A DNA stretch of 60,182 bases, the filler included. It is 5 parts of 5 records of this genome, joined end to end, with 100 filler letters (N's around TTAATTAATTAA, not from the genome) between each part and the next. Parts side by side here need not be neighbours in the genome. Positions count along the whole stretch, not along the records: positions 1 to 24,837 come from SRR31156797_588; 4 more parts are not named here. One strand, written 5' to 3'. Under the pieces are notes generated by a model. The model ran no database searches, was not told where the DNA came from, and saw nothing but the letters and a program-made list of their open reading frames with translations. The position numbers and the translations under genes were made by a program. Shown piece by piece: positions 1 through 10,423 of the stretch (position 1 is the stretch's first letter; every line of letters begins with the position of its first letter).

Positions 1-107
1 GTTTTAAGACAAGAGAAGAAATGAACATTTGCTAAACGTAGTTTACTATTGATTATTCGCGTGTTATTCTTGCATCTTTATTCAAACAAATTAACATTTA
101 CTACCAC

Positions 108-1607
108 CTATTTATCAGCAGATATTTCATCATCTTCACTCTCATCTATGTCATCTGCCTCATTAGTATCATCTGGCTTCTGGACATTTTTTGTATCCTC
201 AGGTTCTTTATCATAGTTAGGACCAGCAGGAGGAATAATCATCCCTGTTGCCAATGCCTGCTCCTCTTGGATTAAGTCAAGCTCATCCTTGGCGGCATCC
301 TCTGTCAATCCATCAAACTCTACCATCACTCGCTTTGCACTCATGGTCTGCATGTTTGCAGTACGCATGCCGATGATTTCTGCCCTTTCCTTAGGATCAT
401 TTGGCAGACCGTCCTGCCATATGATATTGATATTTTCTGTCTCCAGCTTGCCCTTGTATCCTATCTGACTGGCTATAGCAATTGCCTTTTTTAGCCCTTG
501 GTCGAATTGGTTTCGCAGACGTGCAACCTTTGCCAGTACATTGATGTACAGCCTCTTTAGTGCCGAACCGCTAGGCAGATTGCCTGTCTTTAGGTCGCCG
601 TCAAATATTGCAGCTCCCATTTCGGATATTACAGATAGGTAATTCAATAGCTTCTCTATCTGCTTAAAGTTAGCATCTAGAGATGCCTCCCATGTAATGT
701 ACTCCAGCGGTGGATCATCATTACTTGATCTGGAGTAGAAATTCCCAGCGTCAAAGTAATACTCTCCTGTCGCTCTGTCCTGAGCTAATGCATTGACTGA
801 GCCTGATACCGTAGGATTGGCATGTACATCCAGTATCTTTGATATCTGTGCTGTGCGAATCTCTATCTCGGAGACTATGCTGTCTACATCCATATAGTCA
901 TCTATCCCGTAGATGCTGTCTGATGTCTGCAAGTTGTGGATTGGAATTATTGCAAAGTCCTTTAGTCCGGTCTTTACATTCTTCTTTTCCTCTGTCATCT
1001 CGCCGATTATCTGACCGTTTATCTCAAATACCCGCTTGGTATACTTGCCCTTTTCATGAATAAATGCACACAGATATGTCTTTGTCTGACCGAATTCATT
1101 CTCGTCATCGTATATCCATGCCAGCACATAGTGAGTGATAACCTTGATATCCTCGGCAGAAACTATGGTAAATAGGAACTCAGGACTAGAAATGCTGATT
1201 TTCCCCTTGCCGTTTACCTTATCGATTTTATACACTGCTGTGCCAAACCTAGAGCAGTCAATAGCCCCCTGATAGCCAATGTCTAGAATGTCGGACACCT
1301 TTGCTATCTCGTCTATAGTTGTCTGCATCTTTTCGTCCTCCCCAGCAGAGAATGTGGGAGGCTCAATGAATAAGAAGTCAGCCGTTTTTAGACTGATTTT
1401 TTTCTGAAAGTTTAATATTATAGGATAGCTCAGTACTTCTGCCGTCGAGCCAATGACCTTTTCTATCCGTCTTATCTGCTCGCTGTACACCTCATGATGC
1501 CGATTGTCAAATATCCTTTTGTTATCCGCATACCTATCCAGCCGGTCCGCTTCATCCTGCGGCGGAAACACCTGCCCTTTATTTAGCCAATTTAGATTGT
1601 TTAGCAT
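108..1607 (-). CDS. Phage portal protein (SPP1 gp6-like)
   Basis: 499 aa, immediately downstream of terL; SPP1-type portal pattern (PIIHN, SGSALK, I.W.D.LP.D..E) and an acidic tail. Confidence 0.85.
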   Translation of the reverse strand: MLNNLNWLNKGQVFPPQDEADRLDRYADNKRIFDNRHHEVYSEQIRRIEKVIGSTAEVLSYPIILNFQKKISLKTADFLFIEPPTFSAGEDEKMQTTIDEIAKVSDILDIGYQGAIDCSRFGTAVYKIDKVNGKGKISISSPEFLFTIVSAEDIKVITHYVLAWIYDDENEFGQTKTYLCAFIHEKGKYTKRVFEINGQIIGEMTEEKKNVKTGLKDFAIIPIHNLQTSDSIYGIDDYMDVDSIVSEIEIRTAQISKILDVHANPTVSGSVNALAQDRATGEYYFDAGNFYSRSSNDDPPLEYITWEASLDANFKQIEKLLNYLSVISEMGAAIFDGDLKTGNLPSGSALKRLYINVLAKVARLRNQFDQGLKKAIAIASQIGYKGKLETENINIIWQDGLPNDPKERAEIIGMRTANMQTMSAKRVMVEFDGLTEDAAKDELDLIQEEQALATGMIIPPAGPNYDKEPEDTKNVQKPDDTNEADDIDESEDDEISADK

Positions 1608-1609
1608 AA

Positions 1610-2860
1610 TTACCTCATCCTTACGTTTATCATCTTTGCAGTACCTGACTTAATATCATCCTCCAGCGCATACCGGATGGCATCGATACTGTGATTGTTT
1701 TTATCCGGATAGCTGGATTTGAAGTTGCCGGTGCTATCCAGCTCTAGTTCATAGTTCATAAATTCCCTTGCGGTGTTGGGGCATTTCTCCGGGTCAATTA
1801 CTATCTGCTCCAAATCCCCCAGCCACTTAATACCATGCTCGACAGAACCGGGACCCTTTTTCGCGCCCTTTACCTTTAGTCCATAGCTTCTGATTTCGTC
1901 GATACTCTTTGGCTCTGCACTGTCGGCAGTTATAATTTGATTTAATGGGTTTTTTTCTATAACCTCTTGTGCTGCTAATCTGTTTGACAAGCCAATTTTA
2001 AATATCTCATCGAAGATATACAGCCTGCGTCTGGTCTTATCATAGTGACACTTGATATAGCAGAATGGATCTATTGCATATCCCCAGTCCAATCCATGCT
2101 TTATGTGATCGAATGTTTTTACTTCGGTATCGTCTAATACTTCCAGACGTACATTACTAAATATCTCACCGCCAGTGCCTGTGATTTCTCCTAGGTACTC
2201 ATGGCGATAGGCTGTTTCATTTACTTTTTTTAAGTGCTCAGCCTCGGCAAAGAATACCTCTCCCAGCCAATGCTTTGGCACATCTAAATAATTGCTATGG
2301 TGGGTCAGCCTCGTGTCTTTTAGTATGGCTGCCTCAGTATTTACCCAATTTGTAACAGATTTTGGAGGATTGTATGTATAGAATACAGCGAAGTCTTCCC
2401 CACCACGCAAAAAGGTTTGGTTAATTGTTCTAATATCATTCATACTATCAAATTCGTCTAGTTCCTCGTACCAGACATATTTGAAATATCCACTGCTTAA
2501 TTTTGTTGATTTAACCTGACTGGGATTTTTAGCACCTCGGAATATAATCTTTTGTCCTGTCGGTATATATGTTATACAAAGAGGACTTATTGTGTACTTC
2601 CAATATGAATAGACACCTAGCTTATCAATAGCCCAGAGCATTTGCTCAGCAACACTCTCCCGTAATGTACTCGCTGTACGCTTAATCACCACTGCATTTA
2701 CTTTTGGGGCTTTCATCATACCAAGTATTATTTCAACAGACACAAAAGAGGACTTGGTACTACCGCGTCCTCCTTTTAGCCAATATTCTGTATGCTTTTT
2801 CCCTTTAATATCTTTATGAACACTATAGAACGATTTTGCTATTACATCCTTTAATTTCAT
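1610..2860 (-). CDS. terL: Terminase large subunit, PBSX family
   Basis: Walker A GGRGSTKS, Walker B YVWYEE, YNPP, nuclease motifs GLDWGY and NHSIDAIRY. Confidence 0.95.
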   Translation of the reverse strand: MKLKDVIAKSFYSVHKDIKGKKHTEYWLKGGRGSTKSSFVSVEIILGMMKAPKVNAVVIKRTASTLRESVAEQMLWAIDKLGVYSYWKYTISPLCITYIPTGQKIIFRGAKNPSQVKSTKLSSGYFKYVWYEELDEFDSMNDIRTINQTFLRGGEDFAVFYTYNPPKSVTNWVNTEAAILKDTRLTHHSNYLDVPKHWLGEVFFAEAEHLKKVNETAYRHEYLGEITGTGGEIFSNVRLEVLDDTEVKTFDHIKHGLDWGYAIDPFCYIKCHYDKTRRRLYIFDEIFKIGLSNRLAAQEVIEKNPLNQIITADSAEPKSIDEIRSYGLKVKGAKKGPGSVEHGIKWLGDLEQIVIDPEKCPNTAREFMNYELELDSTGNFKSSYPDKNNHSIDAIRYALEDDIKSGTAKMINVRMR

Positions 2861-2901
2861 AAAGATTTACCTTTCTCTTTATCTATCAGATATTTCAGCT
2901 C

Positions 2902-3315
2902 CTAAATATCATCTATTATTTTAGGAAGTTCTTTTTCTTCATCATGCTCTGTGAATACTCCCTGTACTTTCCCCAGAAGCTCTGCCGCTTTCAGCCTATC
3001 CCTTGGATGCACTTCAATAGCTTTTTTAACAAGGTACTCCTTTCCATCATGGGTATCATACACATCCTCTGATACTTCTCCCCGCATTATCTGGGTCAAA
3101 TACGCTTGTATTTCCTCTGTAGTAGCAATTTTTTTATTATTAGAATTCAAACACGTCAATAGTTCAGCTATCTCAGCCTTTTTTAATAATTCTTCTGCCC
3201 GTCTTTTGGCATTCTCTGGCTTACAGTTTTTGTATACACTCAGATATGCAGCTTCGCTGTCTCCTGCATATCTTCCAATATAAGCCAATACAAATTGTTT
3301 TTGTCTATCCGTCAC
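2902..3315 (-). CDS. terS: Terminase small subunit
   Basis: MTDRQKQFV..Y N-terminal HTH, DRLKAAELLGK motif, position upstream of terL. Confidence 0.9.
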   Translation of the reverse strand: MTDRQKQFVLAYIGRYAGDSEAAYLSVYKNCKPENAKRRAEELLKKAEIAELLTCLNSNNKKIATTEEIQAYLTQIMRGEVSEDVYDTHDGKEYLVKKAIEVHPRDRLKAAELLGKVQGVFTEHDEEKELPKIIDDI

Positions 3316-3339
3316 TACTATACCCCTGTTTCTAGGTTC

Positions 3340-3440
3340 AAAAAAAGCACTTCATCAAAAGTGCTCCCAAACCAGTGTGTTCCCAACCCCTATTTTTAAC
3401 CAATATCATATTACCACATTTTAGGGTATGTTGGGGTATG
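3340..3440 (-). promoter_or_regulatory. Putative phage late promoter (ArpU/RinA-type) followed by a hairpin
   Basis: Extended -10 TGGTAATAT on the minus strand (TAATAT 3408-3413); direct repeats GGGTATG at 3424 and 3434 in place of a -35; hairpin AGCACTT/AAGTGCT (3346-3365) with a U tract. Confidence 0.5.
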
Positions 3441-3488
3441 TACATTATTTTTTTATATGAAGCTCTAATCTAGCGAAAAATACCGCTG

Positions 3489-4289
3489 CTACAATGGCCC
3501 TTTTTGCGTTTTCAAAATATACACCGTCTTTTCCAGTCCTTTAATGGTTTTAGTCTCAAGAACAACACTCAAATCAAACCTATCTGCAACCCCTAAATAA
3601 TAATCAGTATTTAGCACACCATCTCCTATAACCAAATGATCTCGCTTACCCTGTGCGTCATGAAAATGCATGTGCTTTAGCTTATCAACATTTCCGATAA
3701 TGTAATCCCTGTCAACTTCACCGCCAATATGGTCATGTCCTATATCCCATGTCAGTCCAATATTATCCTGCTCAATCATCTTATCTACAGCATTTGTTAC
3801 ATATTCTTTATTATAGATGCCCGTATTTTCTACAACCAGATTTATATTAGTATCATCTAGCCGGTTTTGTAATTCATTGCTGAATCCTTCTACAGCCTCA
3901 GTATACTCATCATCAAATTTTTCAAATAAATATACCCTCTTTTGCGGTAGTGTAAAGCGCACTCCCTCGCTCATATGTATATTGATTATTGGACTATTTA
4001 TTATCTTCATCAGCTCAATAGTATCAAATACGCTCTCCCAGCACGCCATTCTTATCCTATGGTTAAAGTGTGCAATATCCATATCATCCTCTAAATGAAA
4101 TGTGAAAAAAATCCCATACCTATCCATCAAATTAATTAATTTACTACTATCTAATCTGCTCACCTGAAAGTCAGGTACATTCATATTTATTTCTACAAAA
4201 TCAAGACCAAGCCTTGAGCAAAGCTTTGCATTGTCTTCTAGAGTATCCAGCTCAATCAACGTAGGCATACCGTATTTTAATCTTTCCAT
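3489..4289 (-). CDS. Sugar phosphate isomerase/epimerase, AP endonuclease family 2 TIM barrel
   Basis: VENT, WDIGH, HFHD, LE metal-binding motifs. Confidence 0.85.
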   Translation of the reverse strand: MERLKYGMPTLIELDTLEDNAKLCSRLGLDFVEINMNVPDFQVSRLDSSKLINLMDRYGIFFTFHLEDDMDIAHFNHRIRMACWESVFDTIELMKIINSPIINIHMSEGVRFTLPQKRVYLFEKFDDEYTEAVEGFSNELQNRLDDTNINLVVENTGIYNKEYVTNAVDKMIEQDNIGLTWDIGHDHIGGEVDRDYIIGNVDKLKHMHFHDAQGKRDHLVIGDGVLNTDYYLGVADRFDLSVVLETKTIKGLEKTVYILKTQKGPL

Positions 4290-4487
4290 TACATCTCCTT
4301 TTTATCCAGTAGATTATAACACAGTAAAGATTAAATCCTTATTAAATTGATATTGTTTTATTGTATTTTGCCAAAGGATTTTTAGTATTTAGAATCAACT
4401 ATTATTAATAATAGTATTTGTTAAAATAAATATGATACAATTAATGCAAATAGAAAAACATATGAACATATGCTTTTGGAGTAATCT

Positions 4488-5039
4488 ATGAGACTTTTTA
4501 TCGCCATTAATTTTGACAGTAAAACAAAAGAAAAAATATTATCTGCGCAATGCAAACTCAAACAATATGCAAAAGGCAATTTTTCACGTGTAGAAAACCT
4601 TCATTTAACTCTGGTATTTCTAGGCAATATCCCAACTGAGAAATTAGACATTATTAAGAAAATAATGCAGTTAATCACCATACCTATATTAGAATTATCA
4701 TTTAGCTATGTCGACTGTTTTAGAAAAAGAAATGGCGATATCTACTGGATTGGTTTAGACAAGAATGAATTACTAATAAAGCTCCAAAAAGAGCTTTCAT
4801 CATCTCTTCTTGGAGCTGGTTTTCGTCTGGAGCAGTCAGTCTATAGACCACATATAACTATAGGCCGCCGTGTAAAATTGTACAATAACTTTGATAAGGC
4901 AATACTTATGCCAACGCAGTTTTCAGTAAAGACCGATTCCATCAGTCTTATGCATTCGCATCGTGTGAATGACCAATTAACCTATACAGAATTATTCTCT
5001 GTTAAATCTGGAGATGACTCTTACATAGGTAATAAATAA
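4488..5039 (+). CDS. thpR: RNA 2',3'-cyclic phosphodiesterase (2H family)
   Basis: MRLFIAI start and two HxT motifs (HLTL, HITI). Confidence 0.9.
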   Translation: MRLFIAINFDSKTKEKILSAQCKLKQYAKGNFSRVENLHLTLVFLGNIPTEKLDIIKKIMQLITIPILELSFSYVDCFRKRNGDIYWIGLDKNELLIKLQKELSSSLLGAGFRLEQSVYRPHITIGRRVKLYNNFDKAILMPTQFSVKTDSISLMHSHRVNDQLTYTELFSVKSGDDSYIGNK

Positions 5040-5083
5040 ATGTTTAATAATTAATAGTTATATTAATCAGTTTACATCTATCT

Positions 5084-5851
5084 TTACTTCTTCTCCACAG
5101 CTTCTACATCATCTTCATCTGCTGTAATATCTGCATCTTTTAGATTCTCCGGTAATACTAAATATATTGATTCCAAATCCTCACCCATTACAGTAATTTC
5201 ACCGCTTTCTACTTCCAGCAAGTGTCCTCCCTTAGTTCTGTCATCAGAGATAAAATGCAAATGATAACCCACTGCATTAATATCGTCCATGAATTCAGGG
5301 AACCTAAAGCCAATCAAATATCCGCTGATACTTTCCTCTGAAAATACTGTTTGTTCAGCTACAACTTCAGTCAAAGGAGGATACGGTTTTTCCTGCTCTG
5401 GTACACTGCGGTATTCAATATTATTGAATTCACCCTCTATCATAAATGCTACAGGAACATTTTCCATGTCAAACAATGCATCTAGTTCTTCTTTCAGTCC
5501 ATCGTATCCATGATCAAATGTAATCTGTGTCTTTTCATTATCATCAATATATGTAACATTAGCAAATGGTATAGTTTCATCACTATCGACTTCTGTGACT
5601 GTTCCATCTACACGTGCCTTGTATATATTTCCATCTATGACAATCATTTCACCGTCTAGTCCATCGAATGTTCCCAAACCAATATCACCATAATCGTCTA
5701 GTGTATCAGCAGTTACTTCACCATCATACTCCCCTGCAATCAATGCCTGCAACGTTGAAACTTGATATAGTGTATCGTCCTGCTCAGCACTACATCCTGC
5801 TAATGATAGTACAATGATTGCTATCAAAATGAAAATCAGTCTATTCTTCAT
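5084..5851 (-). CDS. budA: Alpha-acetolactate decarboxylase with lipoprotein signal
   Basis: GLGTFDGLDGEM, GYHLHF, GGH motifs; likely start MKNRLIF...SLAGC (lipobox). Confidence 0.88.
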   Translation of the reverse strand: MKNRLIFILIAIIVLSLAGCSAEQDDTLYQVSTLQALIAGEYDGEVTADTLDDYGDIGLGTFDGLDGEMIVIDGNIYKARVDGTVTEVDSDETIPFANVTYIDDNEKTQITFDHGYDGLKEELDALFDMENVPVAFMIEGEFNNIEYRSVPEQEKPYPPLTEVVAEQTVFSEESISGYLIGFRFPEFMDDINAVGYHLHFISDDRTKGGHLLEVESGEITVMGEDLESIYLVLPENLKDADITADEDDVEAVEKK

Positions 5852-5941
5852 TAATTTCTCTCTCTTTCTATCATTTATTAAACATTGTATCATAATATTT
5901 ATAAAAAACATTACTACTATAATAAATTAATAAAGCTGCTC

Positions 5942-7465
5942 CTAATCATTAATTTTACTTTCTCTTAAATTTACAACAACAAATACAGTAACTGCTAACA
6001 CAATACACAACAATATCCATACCCACCTTGGGATATATCTTGCATCTGTCTGAGATACACTAATATCACTAGTCACAATTTCAGGAGTTGCACTGGTCTT
6101 AATCTCTTTGGCAGGACTAGCAGTAGGCGAAGCTGTTACTTGTGGTGTTTGTTCATTGTGATCATATTCATCAAGTATTCTTAATGGTGTATATTCAATA
6201 TCATAATAATAGTAGTACAAATCCTCAATTGTACCGTATTCATACCACTCATCTTTCATATTTACGATTTCATCTTTACCCTTTTCCAATTCAAAATAAT
6301 TAGTCCAATAGTGCAGACATCCATCCAAAATATAGCCAACCATTACTTTAGTATAATTATCATTCGTTTCTTCCTCCACTATAGGTATCTGCCATATGTC
6401 ATCTGGTCCAAGGCTTCCCTTTACCATATCCTTGTCCATCTGCGTCATATCCCTATAATAGCTTTCAGAATAAACAGCAAACAAATCATCTATTGTTTCA
6501 TCTGAATTATTCCAAATTTCACATTCCATAGTACCATCGCTATTTTTTGCAAATCTAACGTTTACATCAGGCTTCAAATAAATATCAGTAGTAAACTCTC
6601 TCTCAAAATAGATACCCTTATACCCACCGTTATCTGTCTCAAACAATACATTGTATCCTACTATCTGAGTCTTTTGCACTTTTTCAGGAAGAGCACTAAA
6701 GTATAGACTGGACATAGTATTTATATTAGATGTACTTTCCAGTGGATAAAAACCTCCACTTCCGTCACAGTCTGCAATTCCACGAAAATACAATAGGTCA
6801 ATATCCTCATCGCTGATACTTTTTATATTAAAATAACTTACAGCCATAGCATCGTAGTATTCCCAATACATATGACTCACACCATATTGAGTCTCTGAAT
6901 ATATCAGACGTTTTCTGTCATCCAGAGTTGTAATCTCCAGATACTCGCTTCCGTCCTCGATATTGATAATCTTCAGAGGGATAATCTTATCGTTTTCATT
7001 ATACGCACTCCAGGATAATTGTATATAATCACTCTCTTCATTTGAATAATATATCAGTGCAGGAGCAAAATCAGCATAAAAATTCTCACCATCTTTATAC
7101 CATTTAATACTTTTAGGTACCTGATACTTTATCTCAAATGTCTTAGTCTCATAAGGCTCAAGCTCTATAGTTGCAGTATACGAACGTGTGTCATCTACAT
7201 ATGAATCCACAAAAAATCTATCAAGCTCAAAATATGATATTTTTACGTCTGTCTTATTGGTAAGTGTCAGTTCAAACACCATGGTTTCACCAATTGCTAT
7301 CTCATCGCTTTTAACAGCGTAGTCAAATTCTACGCACTCATCATCATCCAGCATTGCCCCACCATCATTAGCCAGTGCAGTAACAGCAAATGAAAGTATA
7401 ATTATCACTATGATGATAATAGTATTTCTAACCATATCAATACCTCCGATTACATATTTTGCCAC
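5942..7465 (-). CDS. Secreted, C-terminally membrane-anchored acidic protein of unknown function
   Basis: Signal peptide (ALA-ND), Pro/Thr/Ser linker, C-terminal TM helix. Confidence 0.7.
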   Translation of the reverse strand: MAKYVIGGIDMVRNTIIIIVIIILSFAVTALANDGGAMLDDDECVEFDYAVKSDEIAIGETMVFELTLTNKTDVKISYFELDRFFVDSYVDDTRSYTATIELEPYETKTFEIKYQVPKSIKWYKDGENFYADFAPALIYYSNEESDYIQLSWSAYNENDKIIPLKIINIEDGSEYLEITTLDDRKRLIYSETQYGVSHMYWEYYDAMAVSYFNIKSISDEDIDLLYFRGIADCDGSGGFYPLESTSNINTMSSLYFSALPEKVQKTQIVGYNVLFETDNGGYKGIYFEREFTTDIYLKPDVNVRFAKNSDGTMECEIWNNSDETIDDLFAVYSESYYRDMTQMDKDMVKGSLGPDDIWQIPIVEEETNDNYTKVMVGYILDGCLHYWTNYFELEKGKDEIVNMKDEWYEYGTIEDLYYYYYDIEYTPLRILDEYDHNEQTPQVTASPTASPAKEIKTSATPEIVTSDISVSQTDARYIPRWVWILLCIVLAVTVFVVVNLRESKIND

Positions 7466-7585
7466 TTGTATTATACATAGTTATATATTTCAGTGCAACT
7501 AAATAATTTTTAATCATTCACCATTTCTCCTTCACATAATTAGATGCAAAGAACGACTATGCAATTACATAGCCGTCATATCATA

Positions 7586-8239
7586 TTATTTTGTATGCTT
7601 TCTTGTAATATAGTCTTTATCCACCGAATTTCGCCATTTACTATCAAGCTTTCTGCTTTCTCTTACGCAATCCACAGCACTTGATACTGCAACATATGTA
7701 GCCTCTAATCCCTCTTTGTCAGCGTGATAGTTAACTGCCATTTTTTTATCAATACCCAAATTATTGGCTGTCGCCTCGGAGTCAATATTTGCTCCTAAGA
7801 AAATAAACTCCCAGCCATAATCCTCCTTCTGTCTTTTAATCAATGATTTTATCTTTTTGTAATCATACTCTTTGCTGGAATTTTCCATACCATCAGTAAT
7901 TATGACGAACATCACCTTCTGTGCACGATATTCTTCCTTGCAACTTTTCTGCACATTATGAGTTTTATTAATAGTTCTGCCAACAGCGTCCAGCAGTGCA
8001 GTAGAACCACGAACAAAATATTCATTTTCAGTCAATGCATCAACCGACTTAATGCTTAGCCTATCATGAAGCAATTCATATCTATCATCAAATAGAACTG
8101 TAGTCACATTAGCTTCTCCTTGTTTTGTCTGTTGTTTTTTTAGCATAGAATTAAATCCACCGATAGTATCTGACTCCAATCCAGACATAGAGCCGCTCCT
8201 GTCTAATATAAATACCAACTCAACTTTATCAAATTTCAT
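7586..8239 (-). CDS. von Willebrand factor A domain protein
   Basis: MIDAS DRSGSM, TALLDA, ITDGMEN, WEFIFLGAN. Confidence 0.9.
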   Translation of the reverse strand: MKFDKVELVFILDRSGSMSGLESDTIGGFNSMLKKQQTKQGEANVTTVLFDDRYELLHDRLSIKSVDALTENEYFVRGSTALLDAVGRTINKTHNVQKSCKEEYRAQKVMFVIITDGMENSSKEYDYKKIKSLIKRQKEDYGWEFIFLGANIDSEATANNLGIDKKMAVNYHADKEGLEATYVAVSSAVDCVRESRKLDSKWRNSVDKDYITRKHTK

Positions 8240-8297
8240 AATATTATTCCTCCTTGAAATTTCTACAGAAAGAATAACATTTTTTTGCCGTCAATAG

Positions 8298-8314
8298 GTC
8301 GCATACGAAGCGAC
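8298..8314. promoter_or_regulatory. Palindromic operator candidate GTCGC-N7-GCGAC
   Basis: Inverted repeat between the macro-HTH gene and the vWA gene. Confidence 0.5.
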
Positions 8315-8316
8315 AA

Positions 8317-9342
8317 TCATTTACCTAATAGCATTTGATTGAATTCAAACAAAACTTCATTTATTTCAAAGATATTGTAATTCTCATTTACAATGAAATA
8401 CTCAATAATTAAGTCAAACTTATTACTGTGAGATAGGGTATAACCTGCTCTTTTAAGCAAATCTAGTGTCACATCCTGATTTAGCTTAAGTGCTATCGCA
8501 AATGCCAAAACCGTTGCCTTACTAGGTTTATAGTCCTTGTTTGATCTTATTTTTGAAAATAGCTTTCTGTCAACATTGGCTCGCTTATACGTCTCAACAT
8601 CAGTCAATCCCTTTTCATCTATCAGCCGAAGGAGCATCTGTGAAAAGGTTTCATCCATGTTTTTCAGCAGATCCTCAATCTTTCTTGCAGGTGCAGATGA
8701 TATAGATGTCAGTATGTCCTCGGTTCTATTTTTATCATCTGAAATCACCTCATCCATCATGTGTATAGGACGCTGTCTTACCCTTTTAGCATAGTGTTTT
8801 GCTGTATAATTATCATCTATATAGGATTTAATATCTTCAAAATTTCTTCTGGATACCACAAATGACTCTTTATCATAAACAACCAGATATATAGTCATAT
8901 CCTTATTTTCAAGAAAATCAAATATTGCTTTCTTAGCAATTTCCAGAGCAGTATTTTTAGGACAGCCATATATCCCAGAAGATATTAATGGGAAAGCAAT
9001 AGATTGAATATTATAACTCAAGGCTAATTCCAATGAATGAAAATACGAATCATATAGCTTCTCTTCCCTATCGGTCGCATCAGTATCCCATACTGGACCT
9101 GCTGTATGAATAATATACTTAGCAGCCAGATTGTATCCTTTGGTAATGACAGCTTCACCAGTTCTCACTCCACCTATTTCATCACACTCTGCCTGCAGCT
9201 TTTTCGCACCTGCCCGATTGAATATCGCACCGCACACTCCACATCCCTGCTTCAGGGATGTATTTGCTGCATTTACAATAGCATCTACATTCATCTTTGT
9301 TATATCATTTCGTTGAATGAAAAACGGCATATACATCTCCAA
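8317..9342 (-). CDS. Macro domain (ADP-ribose-binding) fused to a C-terminal XRE-like HTH
   Basis: DIT, AIVNAAN, GVCGAI, IIHTAGP, FPLISSGIYG; C-terminal VYKRANVDRKLFSKI-type HTH. Confidence 0.9.
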   Translation of the reverse strand: MEMYMPFFIQRNDITKMNVDAIVNAANTSLKQGCGVCGAIFNRAGAKKLQAECDEIGGVRTGEAVITKGYNLAAKYIIHTAGPVWDTDATDREEKLYDSYFHSLELALSYNIQSIAFPLISSGIYGCPKNTALEIAKKAIFDFLENKDMTIYLVVYDKESFVVSRRNFEDIKSYIDDNYTAKHYAKRVRQRPIHMMDEVISDDKNRTEDILTSISSAPARKIEDLLKNMDETFSQMLLRLIDEKGLTDVETYKRANVDRKLFSKIRSNKDYKPSKATVLAFAIALKLNQDVTLDLLKRAGYTLSHSNKFDLIIEYFIVNENYNIFEINEVLFEFNQMLLGK

Positions 9343-9502
9343 TATCTAGATTAATAATTATCCCTCTTAGTAAAATTATATTATTTAGTCAAAATTGTGT
9401 CAATTATCTGCATGTAGATAGTGCATTATATGGTTATATAAGATATACAAAACAGTCAGCACATTTAAACTATATGTTGACTGTATATAAACTGTTATTA
9501 GT

Positions 9503-10240
9503 TCACTTTTTTCTCGCCTTAATAAATACCACATTACTATCAGTTTCAAAAGGCTTGCCTAGCACTTCAACATCATCGAATCCTGAATTTTTCAATAATT
9601 CAATCTGATGTTTAATTGTCAGCGGCAAGTCAATATGAACTATTTCATCATCATCAGCGTTATTTCTTTCTCTTCGCTTTTTACAATATTCAAGATTCAG
9701 CTTTTCCCATTCATCATTTACCGCCATATAATCAGCTTCCAGATAAAAACCTCCTTCTGAAACTGCATCTTATATCTTATCATAAACTTTTTGTTTCTCA
9801 TTATATTCATAGTGATGAAGTGACAATACAGATATTACTGCATCATACTTTCTGCTTTCAAATGGATATTCAAAATAATCAGCTTGAATCAATTTAACAT
9901 CTTTCCCTGGATGTTTGTTCTTAAGCACATTTAGCATCGATTCACATATATCTATACCAGTTACCTGCAGACTTGGGAGTTTTTTAAATATAACATCCAG
10001 CTCCAATCCCGTTCCGCACCCAATATCCAGCAGTGTACCAATGTCATCCGGTAAATATTCCAGCAAATTCTTATACTCATTCTCCCAATTTCTCAGATGC
10101 ACACTTTCATAATCGTTAATCCTATTTTCGAAAAAGTCTGACATTCCCTCAACAGGTATATCGATAGTCTCGTTCATCCACTTAATCAAATTCTCAGTAT
10201 CATTTTTAATTTTATCTTCACTTCTATAATTAAATCGCAT
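9503..10240 (-). pseudogene. Class I SAM methyltransferase interrupted by one in-frame TAA
   Basis: LDIGCGTG motif; TAA at 9770-9772, after which the same frame continues DAVSEGGFYLEADY into ORF 9503-9727. Confidence 0.8.
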
Positions 10241-10423
10241 AAAAGCTCCTTTTCATAACTAATGTCAGAAAAAATCAGACCAAATCATTGTATTATTGAT
10301 ACAATAAACAAGTCAACTAATTTCCAGACAAGCAAACAAGGCTGCTGCCACAGCCAGAATTACAATCTTAAAAAATCAGTTTATTTGCTTATTTAATCAC
10401 TGGAATATCTCCACTATTATTTT

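Noticed and set aside
9770-9772. Stop-codon recoding
   Set aside because: The codon is TAA, which terminates many genes on this contig; selenocysteine and pyrrolysine use TGA and TAG
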